The translations under genes were made by a program, and so were the position numbers. From Candidatus Methylomirabilia bacterium (lineage in GTDB: Bacteria > Methylomirabilota > Methylomirabilia > Rokubacteriales > CSP1-6): a DNA stretch of 64,000 nt. The stretch's first letter is position 1. Each line of letters starts with the position of its first letter. Under the pieces are notes generated by a model. It was not told the DNA's origin, searched no databases, and saw nothing but the letters and a program-made list of their open reading frames with translations. The stretch spans positions 32,001-96,000 of the forward strand of contig JBGQHJ010000001.1 in assembly GCA_041497895.1 (NCBI GenBank). Direction: 5' to 3'. This document shows, piece after piece, positions 19,994 to 29,564 of the stretch.

Positions 19994-21412
19994 ATGAGCC
20001 AGAACACTCCGGTTGCCAGCTATAGCCTCACCGTCCGCCTCCGCATCGCCAACCAGCCCGGCATGCTCGGCAAGGTGACCTCGGCCATCGGCGAGGCCGG
20101 CGGCGACATCGGCGCGGTCGACCTGGTCGAGGCGGGCCAGAAGGAGATGACCCGCGACATCGCCTTCAAGGCCTCCGACGAGGCCCACGGCGAGCGCATC
20201 GTCGGGCGGCTGCGCGCGGTCCCCGGCGTGACGGTGGTGAACGTGTCGGACCGCACCTTCCTCATGCACCTGGGCGGCAAGATCGAGGTCAACGGCCGGG
20301 TGGCGGTCAAGACCCGCGACGACCTCTCGATGGCCTACACCCCCGGGGTGGCGCGGGTGTGCATGGCGATCCACGACGATCCCGAGAAGGTCTACAACCT
20401 CACGATCAAGCAACACACCGTGGCGGTGGTCACCGACGGCTCCGCGGTGCTGGGCCTGGGCGACATCGGGCCCGAGGCCGCGATCCCGGTCATGGAGGGC
20501 AAGTGCCTCATCTTCAAGGCCTTCGCGGGGGTCGACGCGTTCCCGCTCGCGCTCGCGACCAAGGACGTGGACGAGATCGTCCGCACCGTGAAGGCGATCT
20601 CGCCCATCTTCGGCGGCATCAACCTGGAGGACATCTCGGCGCCCCGCTGCTTCGAGATCGAGGAGCGCCTGCAGCGCGACCTCGACATCCCGGTCTTCCA
20701 CGACGACCAGCACGGCACCGCGGTGGTGACGCTGGCCGCCCTCCTCAACGCGCTCAAGGTCGTGAACAAGAAGCTCAACGAGGTGAAGATCGTCTTCACC
20801 GGGGCGGGCGCGAGCGCCATCGCCACCGCCAAGCTCATGATGCTGGAGGGCGCGCGCAACATCATCGCCTGCGACCGGGCCGGCGCGCTCTACCGGGGCC
20901 GGACCGAGAACATGAATCCGATGAAGACGTGGTTCGCGGAGCACACCAACGCGGAGGGCATCCGCGGCGCGGTGCGCGACGCGATGGTCGGCGCCGACGT
21001 GTTCATCGGCCTGAGCGGCCCGGGGGTGGTGAAGGTGGACGACCTGGGCGCGATGCACCGCGACGCGATCGTGTTCGCGATGGCCAACCCCACCCCGGAG
21101 ATCATGCCGGAGGAGGCCGGGAAGTACGTGAAGGTCATGGCCACTGGGCGGTCCGACTACCCGAACCAGATCAACAACTCGTGCGGGTTCCCCGGCTTCT
21201 TCAAGGGTCTCTTCGACGTGCGGGCCCGCCGCGTCAACGACGAGATGAAGCTGGCCGCCGCGCACGCGCTCGCCAACATCGTGAGCGACAGCGAGCTCGG
21301 CGAGGAGTACATCACGCCCTCGATGTTCGACTCGCGCGTGGTGCCCGCGGTGGCCTCCGCGGTGGCCGACGCGGCGGTGCGGACCGGGGTGGCCCGGAGG
21401 AAGCGGGGCTAG
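19994..21412 (+). CDS. Malic enzyme with N-terminal ACT domain
   Basis: ACT-like NQPGMLGKV; AYTPGVA, VVTDGSAVLGLG, INLEDI, FHDDQHGTA, FAMANPTPEI, TGRSDYPNQINN. Confidence 0.93.
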   Translation: MSQNTPVASYSLTVRLRIANQPGMLGKVTSAIGEAGGDIGAVDLVEAGQKEMTRDIAFKASDEAHGERIVGRLRAVPGVTVVNVSDRTFLMHLGGKIEVNGRVAVKTRDDLSMAYTPGVARVCMAIHDDPEKVYNLTIKQHTVAVVTDGSAVLGLGDIGPEAAIPVMEGKCLIFKAFAGVDAFPLALATKDVDEIVRTVKAISPIFGGINLEDISAPRCFEIEERLQRDLDIPVFHDDQHGTAVVTLAALLNALKVVNKKLNEVKIVFTGAGASAIATAKLMMLEGARNIIACDRAGALYRGRTENMNPMKTWFAEHTNAEGIRGAVRDAMVGADVFIGLSGPGVVKVDDLGAMHRDAIVFAMANPTPEIMPEEAGKYVKVMATGRSDYPNQINNSCGFPGFFKGLFDVRARRVNDEMKLAAAHALANIVSDSELGEEYITPSMFDSRVVPAVASAVADAAVRTGVARRKRG

Positions 21413-21472
21413 GCCTCCTCGTCGGCAACAAATCGCTTCGGTCCCACGAAGCGGCTCCCGTACCATCGGCGC

Positions 21473-24088
21473 ATGAAGAAGGTGCTGGTCGCGGTGGTCG
21501 CGACCCTGGTGGTGCTGGTCGCCGCGCTCTACTTCTTCGTGGCCCGCCCGCTCCTGCGCCCCTCCGAGGTGACCGCGGTCATGGAGCGCGCGCTCGCCAC
21601 CGACGACCTCCTGCTGCTGGCCGCGGTCAACGTCAAGCAGGCGGTCTTCCTCGAGAAGTGGTTCTCCGGGGCCCCGCGCGCCACTCCGGTGGTGGACACG
21701 CCCGCGCCCGCGGTGGCGGACCGGACCTTGCTCGATCACCTGCGCGCGGCCGGCGTGAACCCGCGTCACGACGTGGACGGGGCGCTCTACGCCCTCTACC
21801 CCACCGACGGGCCCGCCGCGCGGCACGCCGCGGTCCTGGTCGGCCGGTTCAACCCCGCCACCGTCAACGCCTACCTCACCCGCGAGCTCGCCGCGACCCC
21901 GCGCCCCGGGCCGGGCCCGGCGTCCTACCAGGTGACCCGGATCGATCCCGCCACCTGCCAGCCTGGCGCGACCTGGCTGGTGACGGTCTCGCGGGAGTGG
22001 ATCGTGATGGCCGACCCGGTCTCGCATCCGATGCTCCTCGCGCGCGTGGCGAGCCCGCCGGCCGGGAGCCCGGAGCGGCTCGCGTGGTGGCAGGAGCTCG
22101 CGCGCGCGGACGTGGCGGGCGTGGGCATCCCGGGCCTCGATCGGCTCGAGAGCGGCGCCACCCAGCCCTTCGTGAAGGGCGGCGCCAAGGCCCTGGCGGG
22201 CGAGGCCAGTGCGTTCGGGCGCCTCTACCTGGGCCTCGGGGTGAAGACGGTGCCGCCGCAGGGAGTCCTGCGCATCGTGATCGACGCCAAGGACCCCGCG
22301 CGCGGGGCGGAGAAGATCCGGGCCTGGGAGCAGACGGTGAGCGCGTCGCGGAGCCGGTGGAAGGACACCATGCCGAGCGTGGCCACCCTCTACGACAGCC
22401 TGCGCGTGCGCACCGACGGCCCGCGCAGCACGATCGAGTTCACCGTCGACCGCACGCTCGCCGCCAACGCCCAGCGCGTGGTCAACGAGGTGCTGACCGC
22501 GGCCCTCGGCGGGCTGGGCGTCCGGGTCAACCCGCCGGGCGCGGAGCCGCCTGCCGAGCGCATCGACACCGACCCCGTGGCGTTCGTGCCGGCGGTCACC
22601 CCGGCCGCGTTGCCCACCTACGATCCGCAGGCCCAGTTCGCGGAGGACGTGGACCAGGTCCAGGGTCCGTTCGGGCTGAGGCTCGGCGAGCTGCGCCTCG
22701 GAACCGACGAGGCCGCCGGTCTCGAGGTCGTGGTGGAGGGCTTCGCCGGCGAGGTGCCGAACGTCGGCGCGAGCGAGGACCGCGTGCGCCTGTCCGTCGA
22801 CGGCGTCAAGGGCGCCGACGGCCGGGAGCTGCTGCGACCGGAGGCGTGCGGGCGGGAGCGGAACAACCAGCCGGCCGACTTCAAGTCGGCCGGCGGCAAG
22901 CGGCTCCGCGCGACCAAGGCGGTGCGGCTGATCGCGGGCGCCGATCCGAAGACCCTGCAGAGCCTGACCGGTCGCGTCCAGCTCCGGCTGCCGACGCGGA
23001 CCGAGGTGGTGACGCTGGCGCATCCGACGTCCGGCGTCACCGCCGACCGGTACGGGGCGGCCTTCACGGTCACCGGGATCGAGGGCGGCCGCGTCTCGTA
23101 CCAGATCGCGGGCGCCCGCAGCCGCCTGCTCCTGTTCCGCGCGCTGAACGCCAAGGGGCAGCCGCTCGCCTCGCCGAGCGCGTTCTCCTCCGACTTCCTG
23201 TTCGGCGAGGGCGTCTCGGGCCAGCGGCAGTACTCGGGGACGGTCGATCGGCTGGAGGTCGTGTTCGCGGCCGAGGAGGAGACCCTGGAGCTGCCGTTCA
23301 CGCTGACCGACTTCGCCCCCGCCGGCAAGCCGAGCGGGCTCGCCCTCGACCGGACGCCCGCGTTCCGGCCCTACAGCCTCCAGGCCCTGCGGCGCGAGTT
23401 CCCGCGGGCCCGCGGCGCCGGCCCGCTGGAGCCCTTCGAGCTCTCGCTCGACCGGGTGCAATCGTTCTTCGCCATGCGGTTCGATCTCACCCTGCGGAGC
23501 CCGGCGGTCCCGAACTTCGAGCGCGGCTTCTCGGCCGGGCAGCTCCGCCTCACCCGCGTCGAGCTCAACGACGGCAGCGTGCTCACCCCGCCGGCGGCGG
23601 ACGCGGCGAGCCCGACGGTGGCGCGGTCGAGGTGGGAGAGCGCGGTCCGCTTCACCGGCGCGCCCAAGGACGGGCGCCTCTCGACCTCGCTGAGCCTCTA
23701 CGTCGAGACCAAGGCCAGGCCCGAGGATCTGAAATCGGTGCAGGGAACGCTCACCATGCAGTATCCCCGGACGCTCGAGACCCTGACCCTCGACGACCTC
23801 ACGGTCGGACGCCGGGTGCAGCAGGGCGACCTGACCGTGACCGTCGCAGCCCGTGGCCGGAAGAGCGTCACCCTCGCCACGAACCGGGACGGTGACCGGG
23901 TGTACTACGTCCGCCTCCTCGGCGCCGACGGCCAGGCCCTCGCCTACTTCGGCCCCAACATCACCGAGGGCCCCGGTGGGGCGTGGCGCTTCGAGCTCTC
24001 GCCGCTCAACCCACCGGTCAAGGCGGAGATCGTCCTGGCGGGCCAGGTGGATCGGCAGACGCTCCCGGTGAGCCTCACGCCCCACTAG
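21473..24088 (+). CDS. Large hypothetical exported/membrane-anchored protein with internal tandem duplication
   Basis: MKK plus hydrophobic N-terminal anchor; 871 aa; GC3-rich codon usage; duplicated C-terminal module. Confidence 0.75.
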   Translation: MKKVLVAVVATLVVLVAALYFFVARPLLRPSEVTAVMERALATDDLLLLAAVNVKQAVFLEKWFSGAPRATPVVDTPAPAVADRTLLDHLRAAGVNPRHDVDGALYALYPTDGPAARHAAVLVGRFNPATVNAYLTRELAATPRPGPGPASYQVTRIDPATCQPGATWLVTVSREWIVMADPVSHPMLLARVASPPAGSPERLAWWQELARADVAGVGIPGLDRLESGATQPFVKGGAKALAGEASAFGRLYLGLGVKTVPPQGVLRIVIDAKDPARGAEKIRAWEQTVSASRSRWKDTMPSVATLYDSLRVRTDGPRSTIEFTVDRTLAANAQRVVNEVLTAALGGLGVRVNPPGAEPPAERIDTDPVAFVPAVTPAALPTYDPQAQFAEDVDQVQGPFGLRLGELRLGTDEAAGLEVVVEGFAGEVPNVGASEDRVRLSVDGVKGADGRELLRPEACGRERNNQPADFKSAGGKRLRATKAVRLIAGADPKTLQSLTGRVQLRLPTRTEVVTLAHPTSGVTADRYGAAFTVTGIEGGRVSYQIAGARSRLLLFRALNAKGQPLASPSAFSSDFLFGEGVSGQRQYSGTVDRLEVVFAAEEETLELPFTLTDFAPAGKPSGLALDRTPAFRPYSLQALRREFPRARGAGPLEPFELSLDRVQSFFAMRFDLTLRSPAVPNFERGFSAGQLRLTRVELNDGSVLTPPAADAASPTVARSRWESAVRFTGAPKDGRLSTSLSLYVETKARPEDLKSVQGTLTMQYPRTLETLTLDDLTVGRRVQQGDLTVTVAARGRKSVTLATNRDGDRVYYVRLLGADGQALAYFGPNITEGPGGAWRFELSPLNPPVKAEIVLAGQVDRQTLPVSLTPH

Positions 24089-24142
24089 CCCCACCAGCGT
24101 CGTCGCGTGCTATCCTCGGGGGCCTCACAAGGAGGTGTGGTC

Positions 24143-25132
24143 ATGAAGATCCTCGTCGCGCTCGTCGTGCTCCTTCTCGCCCCGGTGGTCGCGGCCGCCC
24201 AGGCCCCGCTCCAGCTGAAGGCGGGCAGCGGGGTGGGTCCCGGCAACCCGGTGAACGACGCCCTCTTCGATCTGGCCAAGACCCTCGACCAGAAGAGCGG
24301 AGGCCGGATCAAGCTCGACGTGGTGATCAGCAACGGCCTGGCCAAGGGCGAGGCGGCGCATCTCGAGGGCGCGCAGCTCGGCACCATCGACGTCGTGCCG
24401 ATCGGCTCGGCGCCCATCGGCGGCATGTTCGAGCCCGCCTACCAGGCCCTCGACCTGCCCTTCTTCTGGTCCTCGCGCGAGCAGGTGTGGAAGGTGATGG
24501 ACGGGCCGATCGGCCAGGAGCTGCTCCGACGTATGGAGGCCAAGGGCGTGAAGGGCTTCTGCTTCGGCGGCGGCTGGGGCTTCCGCAACATGATGGTCAA
24601 CAAGCGGCCGATCTTCGCCCCCGAGGACATGAGGGGCCTGACCATCCGGGTGCAGGAATCGCCGACCTACGTGGCGTTCATGAAGGCGCTCGGCGCGAAC
24701 CCGGTGCCGATGCCCTACGTCGAGGTCTACCTGGCCATGAAGCAGGGAACGATCGACGGCATGGAGCTGCCGTCGTTCACCATGACCTCCGACAAGTTCC
24801 AGGAGGTCACCAAGTACTACTCGCTGACCCGCCACTCCTACCCGCCGATCGCGTACTTCATGAACATGAAGCGCTACCAGTCGCTCGCCCCCGATCTGCA
24901 GAAGGTGGTGGCCGACTCGATGCAGCAGGCGTGCGTCGTGCACCGCCGCCTCGAGGTGGAGAAGGAGAAGCAGGACCTCGAGGTCATGAAGAAGGCGGGG
25001 ACGCAGGTCAACGAGGTGAAGGACCTGAAGGCGTTCCAGGCGCTGATGAAGCCGGTCTACGCGAGCGTCGAGCAGCAGGTGGGCAAGGAGTTCATGGACC
25101 GGCTCACCGCCGCGGCACAGGCCGCGAGATAG
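24143..25132 (+). CDS. dctP: TRAP transporter substrate-binding protein (DctP family)
   Basis: Signal peptide; LDLPFF, GFRNM, DMRGLTIRV, ALGANPVPMPYVEVYLAMKQGTIDG; RBS AAGGAGG. Confidence 0.9.
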   Translation: MKILVALVVLLLAPVVAAAQAPLQLKAGSGVGPGNPVNDALFDLAKTLDQKSGGRIKLDVVISNGLAKGEAAHLEGAQLGTIDVVPIGSAPIGGMFEPAYQALDLPFFWSSREQVWKVMDGPIGQELLRRMEAKGVKGFCFGGGWGFRNMMVNKRPIFAPEDMRGLTIRVQESPTYVAFMKALGANPVPMPYVEVYLAMKQGTIDGMELPSFTMTSDKFQEVTKYYSLTRHSYPPIAYFMNMKRYQSLAPDLQKVVADSMQQACVVHRRLEVEKEKQDLEVMKKAGTQVNEVKDLKAFQALMKPVYASVEQQVGKEFMDRLTAAAQAAR

Positions 25133-25139
25133 GGGACGG

Positions 25140-25433
25140 GTGATACCCGCGTACGTGCTCGCCGACGTCACCGTGACCGACCTGCCCGCGATGGAGGAGT
25201 ACCGCAAGCAGGTGCCCGCCACCCTCGCCAAGTACGGCGGGCGCTTCCTCGTTCGCGGCGGCGCCCACCAGACGGTGGAGGGCGACTGGAAGCCCACCCG
25301 GCTGGTGGTGATCGAGTTCCCGAGCCTGGCCGACGCCCGGCGCTGGTACGACTCGGAGGAGTACCGCGCGCCCAAGGCGCTCCGTATGCGGGCCGGCCGC
25401 ACGAGCGTGGTGATCGTGGACGGCGTGTCGTAA
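25140..25433 (+). CDS. DUF1330 family protein
   Basis: YGGRFLVRGG, EGDW, VVIEFPS, WYDSEEY. Confidence 0.9.
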   Translation: MIPAYVLADVTVTDLPAMEEYRKQVPATLAKYGGRFLVRGGAHQTVEGDWKPTRLVVIEFPSLADARRWYDSEEYRAPKALRMRAGRTSVVIVDGVS

Positions 25434-25458
25434 GCGCCGGTCGTGCTACGGTGTCGGG

Positions 25459-27159
25459 GTGAGCGATGACGCGGCTCGCCCCGATCCGCTCGCGCCCCGG
25501 CTCGGCCTGGCCCTCGTCGTCGCGCTCGCCGCCGGCCTCGTGTTCCTGCCCGCTCTCGGCGGGCAGTTCCTCGCCTGGGACGACAACACCACGCTCACCG
25601 GCAACCTCGCCTACCGCGGTCTCGGCTCGAGCCATCTCCGCTGGATGGCCACCACCACGCTGATGGGCCACTACATGCCGCTCACGTGGCTGAGCTTCGC
25701 GCTCACCTACGTGATGGCGGGCATGAGCCCGTGGGGTTATCACCTCGGGAGCCTGCTGCTCCACGCGGTCAACGCCGGGCTTGTCACCTGGCTCGCCTGG
25801 CGACTCATCGGCGCGGCACTCCCGCGCGACGCGGCCGGCGGCTCGGCCGGAGCGGAGCGCGCGGCCCTCGCGGTGGGCGCGGCGGTGGCGGGGCTCGCCT
25901 TCGGCGTCCACCCGCTCCGCGCCGAGAGCGTGGCGTGGGCCACCGATCGCGGCGACGTCCTCTGCGCGACCTTCTACCTGGCCGCGCTCCTCGCGTACGT
26001 CCGCGCGGTGGACGGCGGCGGCCCCCTGCGGTGGCGACCGTGGGGCGCGCTGGCGCTGCTCGGGATGGCGGCGGCGCTGCTCTCGAAAGAGATCGCGGTC
26101 ACGCTGCCCGCGGTGCTGCTGATCCTCGATGCGTATCCGCTGCGACGCCCCACGGCCTGGGCCGCGCGCGTGCGCGAGAAGCTGCCGTTCCTGGTGCTGG
26201 CGCTGGTCGGGGCGGCGATGGCGGTGGCCGCGCGCGCGACGGGCGCGCGCTTCTCCACCATCGAGCAGTACGGCGTCGGCGCGCGCGTCGCGATGGCCGC
26301 CTACAGCGTGTGGTACTTCGTGGCCGCCTCGGTCTGGCCCTCGGGGCTGGCGCCCTACCACGAGCCGCCGGTGCGGGTGGACCTGCTCGCGCCGCGCTTC
26401 CTGGGCGCCGCGCTCGCGGTGCTGGCGCTCACCGCCGCCGTCGTCGTGCTGAGACGGCGGTGGCCGGCCGGCCTCGCGTCGTGGGCCGCGTATCTCCTGG
26501 TGCTGCTGCCGGTGAGCGGGCTCGTGCACTCGGGCTCGCACCTGGTGGCGGAGCGCTACGCGTACCTGCCGGGTGTGGCGCTGGCCCTGCTGCTGGGTGG
26601 CGTCGCGGCCGCCGCGGTGCGCGCGGGCCACGCAGCGCCGTCGCGTCGGGCCGGCGCGGCCGCGCTGCTGGTGGTGCTCGCGGTCGCCCTGGCCGGGTGG
26701 GCCGCCGTCGCCCGGCGCCACAGCGCGAGCTGGCGCGACACGTTCACCCTCTGGCAGGTGTCGGCCGCCGCGGACCCGGAGTGCCGGCTGTGCGTGCTGA
26801 ACCTGGCCGGGGAGTACTTCAACGCGGGGCGGGTCGTCGAGGCGGAGGCGTGGGCCCGGCGCGCGATCCCGCTCTGGCCCGGACGGGGGACGCCGCACCA
26901 TCGCCTGGGAGCCGCGCTCCTGGTGCAGGGGCGCGACGCGGAGGCGGAGCGGGAGCTGCGCGAGGCGATCCGCCTCGCTCCGGGCCTGGGCGAGGCGCAC
27001 CGCGAGCTGGGCCGGCTCTACGTCCGGCAGGGGCGGGCCGCCGAGGCGGCGACCGAGCTGCGCGAGGCGCTGGTGGCGGGCGTGCCTCCGGCGGAGATCG
27101 AGGCGCTGCTCCGGCCGCTCGAGACCGCGCCGTCGCCCGCGCCCGGCCGCTCGCCCTGA
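25459..27159 (+). CDS. TMTC-like membrane glycosyltransferase (GT-C) with C-terminal TPR repeats
   Basis: FLAWDD, YMPLTWLS, HPLRAESVAW, LSKE, EKLPF, AERYAYLP, WRD..TLW, then TPRs. Confidence 0.8.
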   Translation: MSDDAARPDPLAPRLGLALVVALAAGLVFLPALGGQFLAWDDNTTLTGNLAYRGLGSSHLRWMATTTLMGHYMPLTWLSFALTYVMAGMSPWGYHLGSLLLHAVNAGLVTWLAWRLIGAALPRDAAGGSAGAERAALAVGAAVAGLAFGVHPLRAESVAWATDRGDVLCATFYLAALLAYVRAVDGGGPLRWRPWGALALLGMAAALLSKEIAVTLPAVLLILDAYPLRRPTAWAARVREKLPFLVLALVGAAMAVAARATGARFSTIEQYGVGARVAMAAYSVWYFVAASVWPSGLAPYHEPPVRVDLLAPRFLGAALAVLALTAAVVVLRRRWPAGLASWAAYLLVLLPVSGLVHSGSHLVAERYAYLPGVALALLLGGVAAAAVRAGHAAPSRRAGAAALLVVLAVALAGWAAVARRHSASWRDTFTLWQVSAAADPECRLCVLNLAGEYFNAGRVVEAEAWARRAIPLWPGRGTPHHRLGAALLVQGRDAEAERELREAIRLAPGLGEAHRELGRLYVRQGRAAEAATELREALVAGVPPAEIEALLRPLETAPSPAPGRSP

Positions 27160-27162
27160 GCG

Positions 27163-28230
27163 CTACCGGAAGACGATGCTGCTGGGGCTGCCCACCCGCA
27201 CGACCTGCGCGGTGGGCGTGAGGGTACCGGCCCGCGGGTCCACGCGGAAGGCCACGATCGTGTCGCTGTCCTGGTTGGCCGCATAGAGGAAGGCCCCGGC
27301 CGGATCGAGCGCGATGAAGCGCGGGGTCTTGCCCTGGGTGGGCTCCCAGCCGACCGGGTGGAGCGTCCCGCTCGATTCGTCGACGCGGAAGATCGCGATG
27401 CTGTCGTGGCCGCGATTCGAGCCGTACACGAAGCGCCCCGAGGGGGCGATCGCGATCTCGGACGTGGTGTTGTTGCCGGTGAAGTCCGGCGGCAGCGTGG
27501 TGATGACCTGGAGCGGGCTCAGGCCTCCGCGCTCGTCGTCGAAGCGGTAGGTGGTGAGCGTGGAGTCGAGCTCGTTGAGCACGTAGGCGTAGGGCGCGGT
27601 GGGATGAAAGCCCGCGTGCCGCGGGCCCGCGCCGGCCCGCGTCGCCACCCGGGGCGGCGTTCCCGCCACGAGCTTGCCGCCGGCCGCGTCGACGCGGAAG
27701 ACGAAGACGGCGTCGAGGCCCTTGTCGGGCACCAGGAAGAAGCGGCCGCGCGGATCGAAGGCGATGTCGTGCGGGTGCGCGCTGGTCTGCTGGGTGCGAT
27801 GCGGGCCGGGCGTCCCCTCGAGGGGAACCAGATCGCGGAGGGCCCCGAGCGAGCCGTCGGGCTCGATCGGTAGCACCGCCACCGTGCCGGAGCTGTAGTT
27901 CGCGCAGACGAGGAAGCGGTCGGAGGCGTCGATGCCGAGCCGCACCCCGTTCGTGCCCCCGGTCGGCTGGCGGCCGAGCACGCGGAGCCGGCCGGAGGCG
28001 GGGTCGATCGCGTACGCGGTGGCCTCGGTGCCGTCTCCGTGCGCCGCGTAGAGGACGCGTCCCGGCCGGTCGAGGGTGAGCCACGAGGGATTCGCGATGT
28101 CCGGGAGGAGCTGGAGGTGGCTCCACGTCCCCGAGCCGGGGTCCACGCGGTAGACGTGGACGCCCTCGCCCCGTCCGTTGCGCTCCCGCGCGGTGTAGCC
28201 GCCGACGTAGGCCAGCGTGGTCTGCGTCAT
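27163..28230 (-). CDS. Lactonase family protein (6-phosphogluconolactonase-like beta-propeller)
   Basis: YVGGYT, NPSWL, ANYSSG, AHPH, PDKGLD, GAGPRH, LNEL, SNRGHDSI, PRF. Confidence 0.9.
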   Translation of the reverse strand: MTQTTLAYVGGYTARERNGRGEGVHVYRVDPGSGTWSHLQLLPDIANPSWLTLDRPGRVLYAAHGDGTEATAYAIDPASGRLRVLGRQPTGGTNGVRLGIDASDRFLVCANYSSGTVAVLPIEPDGSLGALRDLVPLEGTPGPHRTQQTSAHPHDIAFDPRGRFFLVPDKGLDAVFVFRVDAAGGKLVAGTPPRVATRAGAGPRHAGFHPTAPYAYVLNELDSTLTTYRFDDERGGLSPLQVITTLPPDFTGNNTTSEIAIAPSGRFVYGSNRGHDSIAIFRVDESSGTLHPVGWEPTQGKTPRFIALDPAGAFLYAANQDSDTIVAFRVDPRAGTLTPTAQVVRVGSPSSIVFR

Positions 28231-28350
28231 GGTGTGGACGCCGCGAGTCTACACCGGACAATGGTCCTTGACACGCCGACGGCGGCGGGGCTATCTGTCT
28301 GGCGGGAAGGGCCGGACCGGCCCACCCGCTCGAGCCAAAGGAGGCCAGCC

Positions 28351-29430
28351 ATGAAGGCAGCCGTGTTCCACGGGCCGCATCAGCCGCTCACCATCGAGAA
28401 CGTCGACATCGACAAGCCGATCGGGCGCGAGGTGCTGGTGCGCACCGTCGCCTCCGGCGTCTGCCACAGCGATCTCCACTTCGTGGACGGTTACTACCCG
28501 TTCCCCACCCCCGCCATCCTCGGCCACGAGGCGGCCGGGATCGTGGAGGAGGTCGGGCTGCAGGTGAGCGAGTTCAAGCCGGGCGATCACGTCATCGCGT
28601 GCCTGTCCGTCTTCTGCGGGCACTGCGACTACTGCCTCACCGGGCGCACCCACCTCTGCCAGACGCGGCCGGTGCGGGCCAAGACCGATCCGCCGAAGCT
28701 CTCGTGGAAGGGCCAGCCGGTGAACCAGTTCGCCAACCTCTCCGCCTACGCGGAGAAGATGCTGGTGCACGAGAACGCGCTGGTGAAGATCGACGACAGC
28801 ATGCCGCTCGACCGGGCCGCCCTCATCGGCTGCGGGGTGACCACCGGGGTGGGGGCGGTGCTGAACACCGCACACATCGAGGCGGGCTCCACGGTGGCGG
28901 TCTTCGGCGCGGGCGGGGTGGGGCTGGCCGCGGTGCAGGGCGCGCGCATCGCGGGCGCCCGCATGATCATCGCAGTGGACACCGTCGAGTCCAAGCTCGT
29001 CAAGGCCAAGGAGCTGGGCGCCACCCACGGGGTCAACGCCAAGGCGGACGATCCGGTGAAGCAGATCCGCAACCTGACCGGTGGCGGGGTGGACTACTCC
29101 TTCGAGTGCATCGGGCTCAAGATCGCGGCCGAGCAGTGCTTCGACTGCATCCGGCCGGGCGGCACCGCCACCATCGTCGGCATGATCCCGGTGGGGCAGA
29201 AGATCGAGCTCGACGGGCCGATGTTCCTGCGCGAGAAGAAGATCCAGGGCTGCAGCATGGGCTCCAACCGATTCAAGGTGGACATGCCGCACTACATCGA
29301 GCTCTACCGGCAGGGCCGGCTCATGCTCGACGAGATGATCACCCGCCGCGGCAAGCTCGAGGACGTCAACGAAGCGTTCCGGGCCATGAAGGCGGGCGAG
29401 GTCTCGCGCACCGTCCTGATGCTGGGGTAG
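28351..29430 (+). CDS. Zn-dependent alcohol dehydrogenase
   Basis: GVCHSD, GHEAAG, CGHCDYC...C, IGCGVTTG, GAGGVG; RBS AAGGAGG. Confidence 0.93.
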   Translation: MKAAVFHGPHQPLTIENVDIDKPIGREVLVRTVASGVCHSDLHFVDGYYPFPTPAILGHEAAGIVEEVGLQVSEFKPGDHVIACLSVFCGHCDYCLTGRTHLCQTRPVRAKTDPPKLSWKGQPVNQFANLSAYAEKMLVHENALVKIDDSMPLDRAALIGCGVTTGVGAVLNTAHIEAGSTVAVFGAGGVGLAAVQGARIAGARMIIAVDTVESKLVKAKELGATHGVNAKADDPVKQIRNLTGGGVDYSFECIGLKIAAEQCFDCIRPGGTATIVGMIPVGQKIELDGPMFLREKKIQGCSMGSNRFKVDMPHYIELYRQGRLMLDEMITRRGKLEDVNEAFRAMKAGEVSRTVLMLG

Positions 29431-29564
29431 CGGCCGAGCGGTCGAAGTGACCGCCGCGGCGGCGGCGGGCGCCTGGCCCGCCCCGCCGGCGCGGTGGGGC
29501 TATTCTTTCTCCGGCGTCGCGAGGGGATGGGCGCCATGGACGCGCCCGGATCGTGCACTAGCGC

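Noticed and set aside
19856..24094. 1412-aa minus-strand ORF, the 1178-aa ORF at 20359-23895 and many other long Arg/Ala/Gly-rich ORFs
   Set aside because: Shadow ORFs caused by high GC; they overlap well-supported genes and lack recognisable motifs
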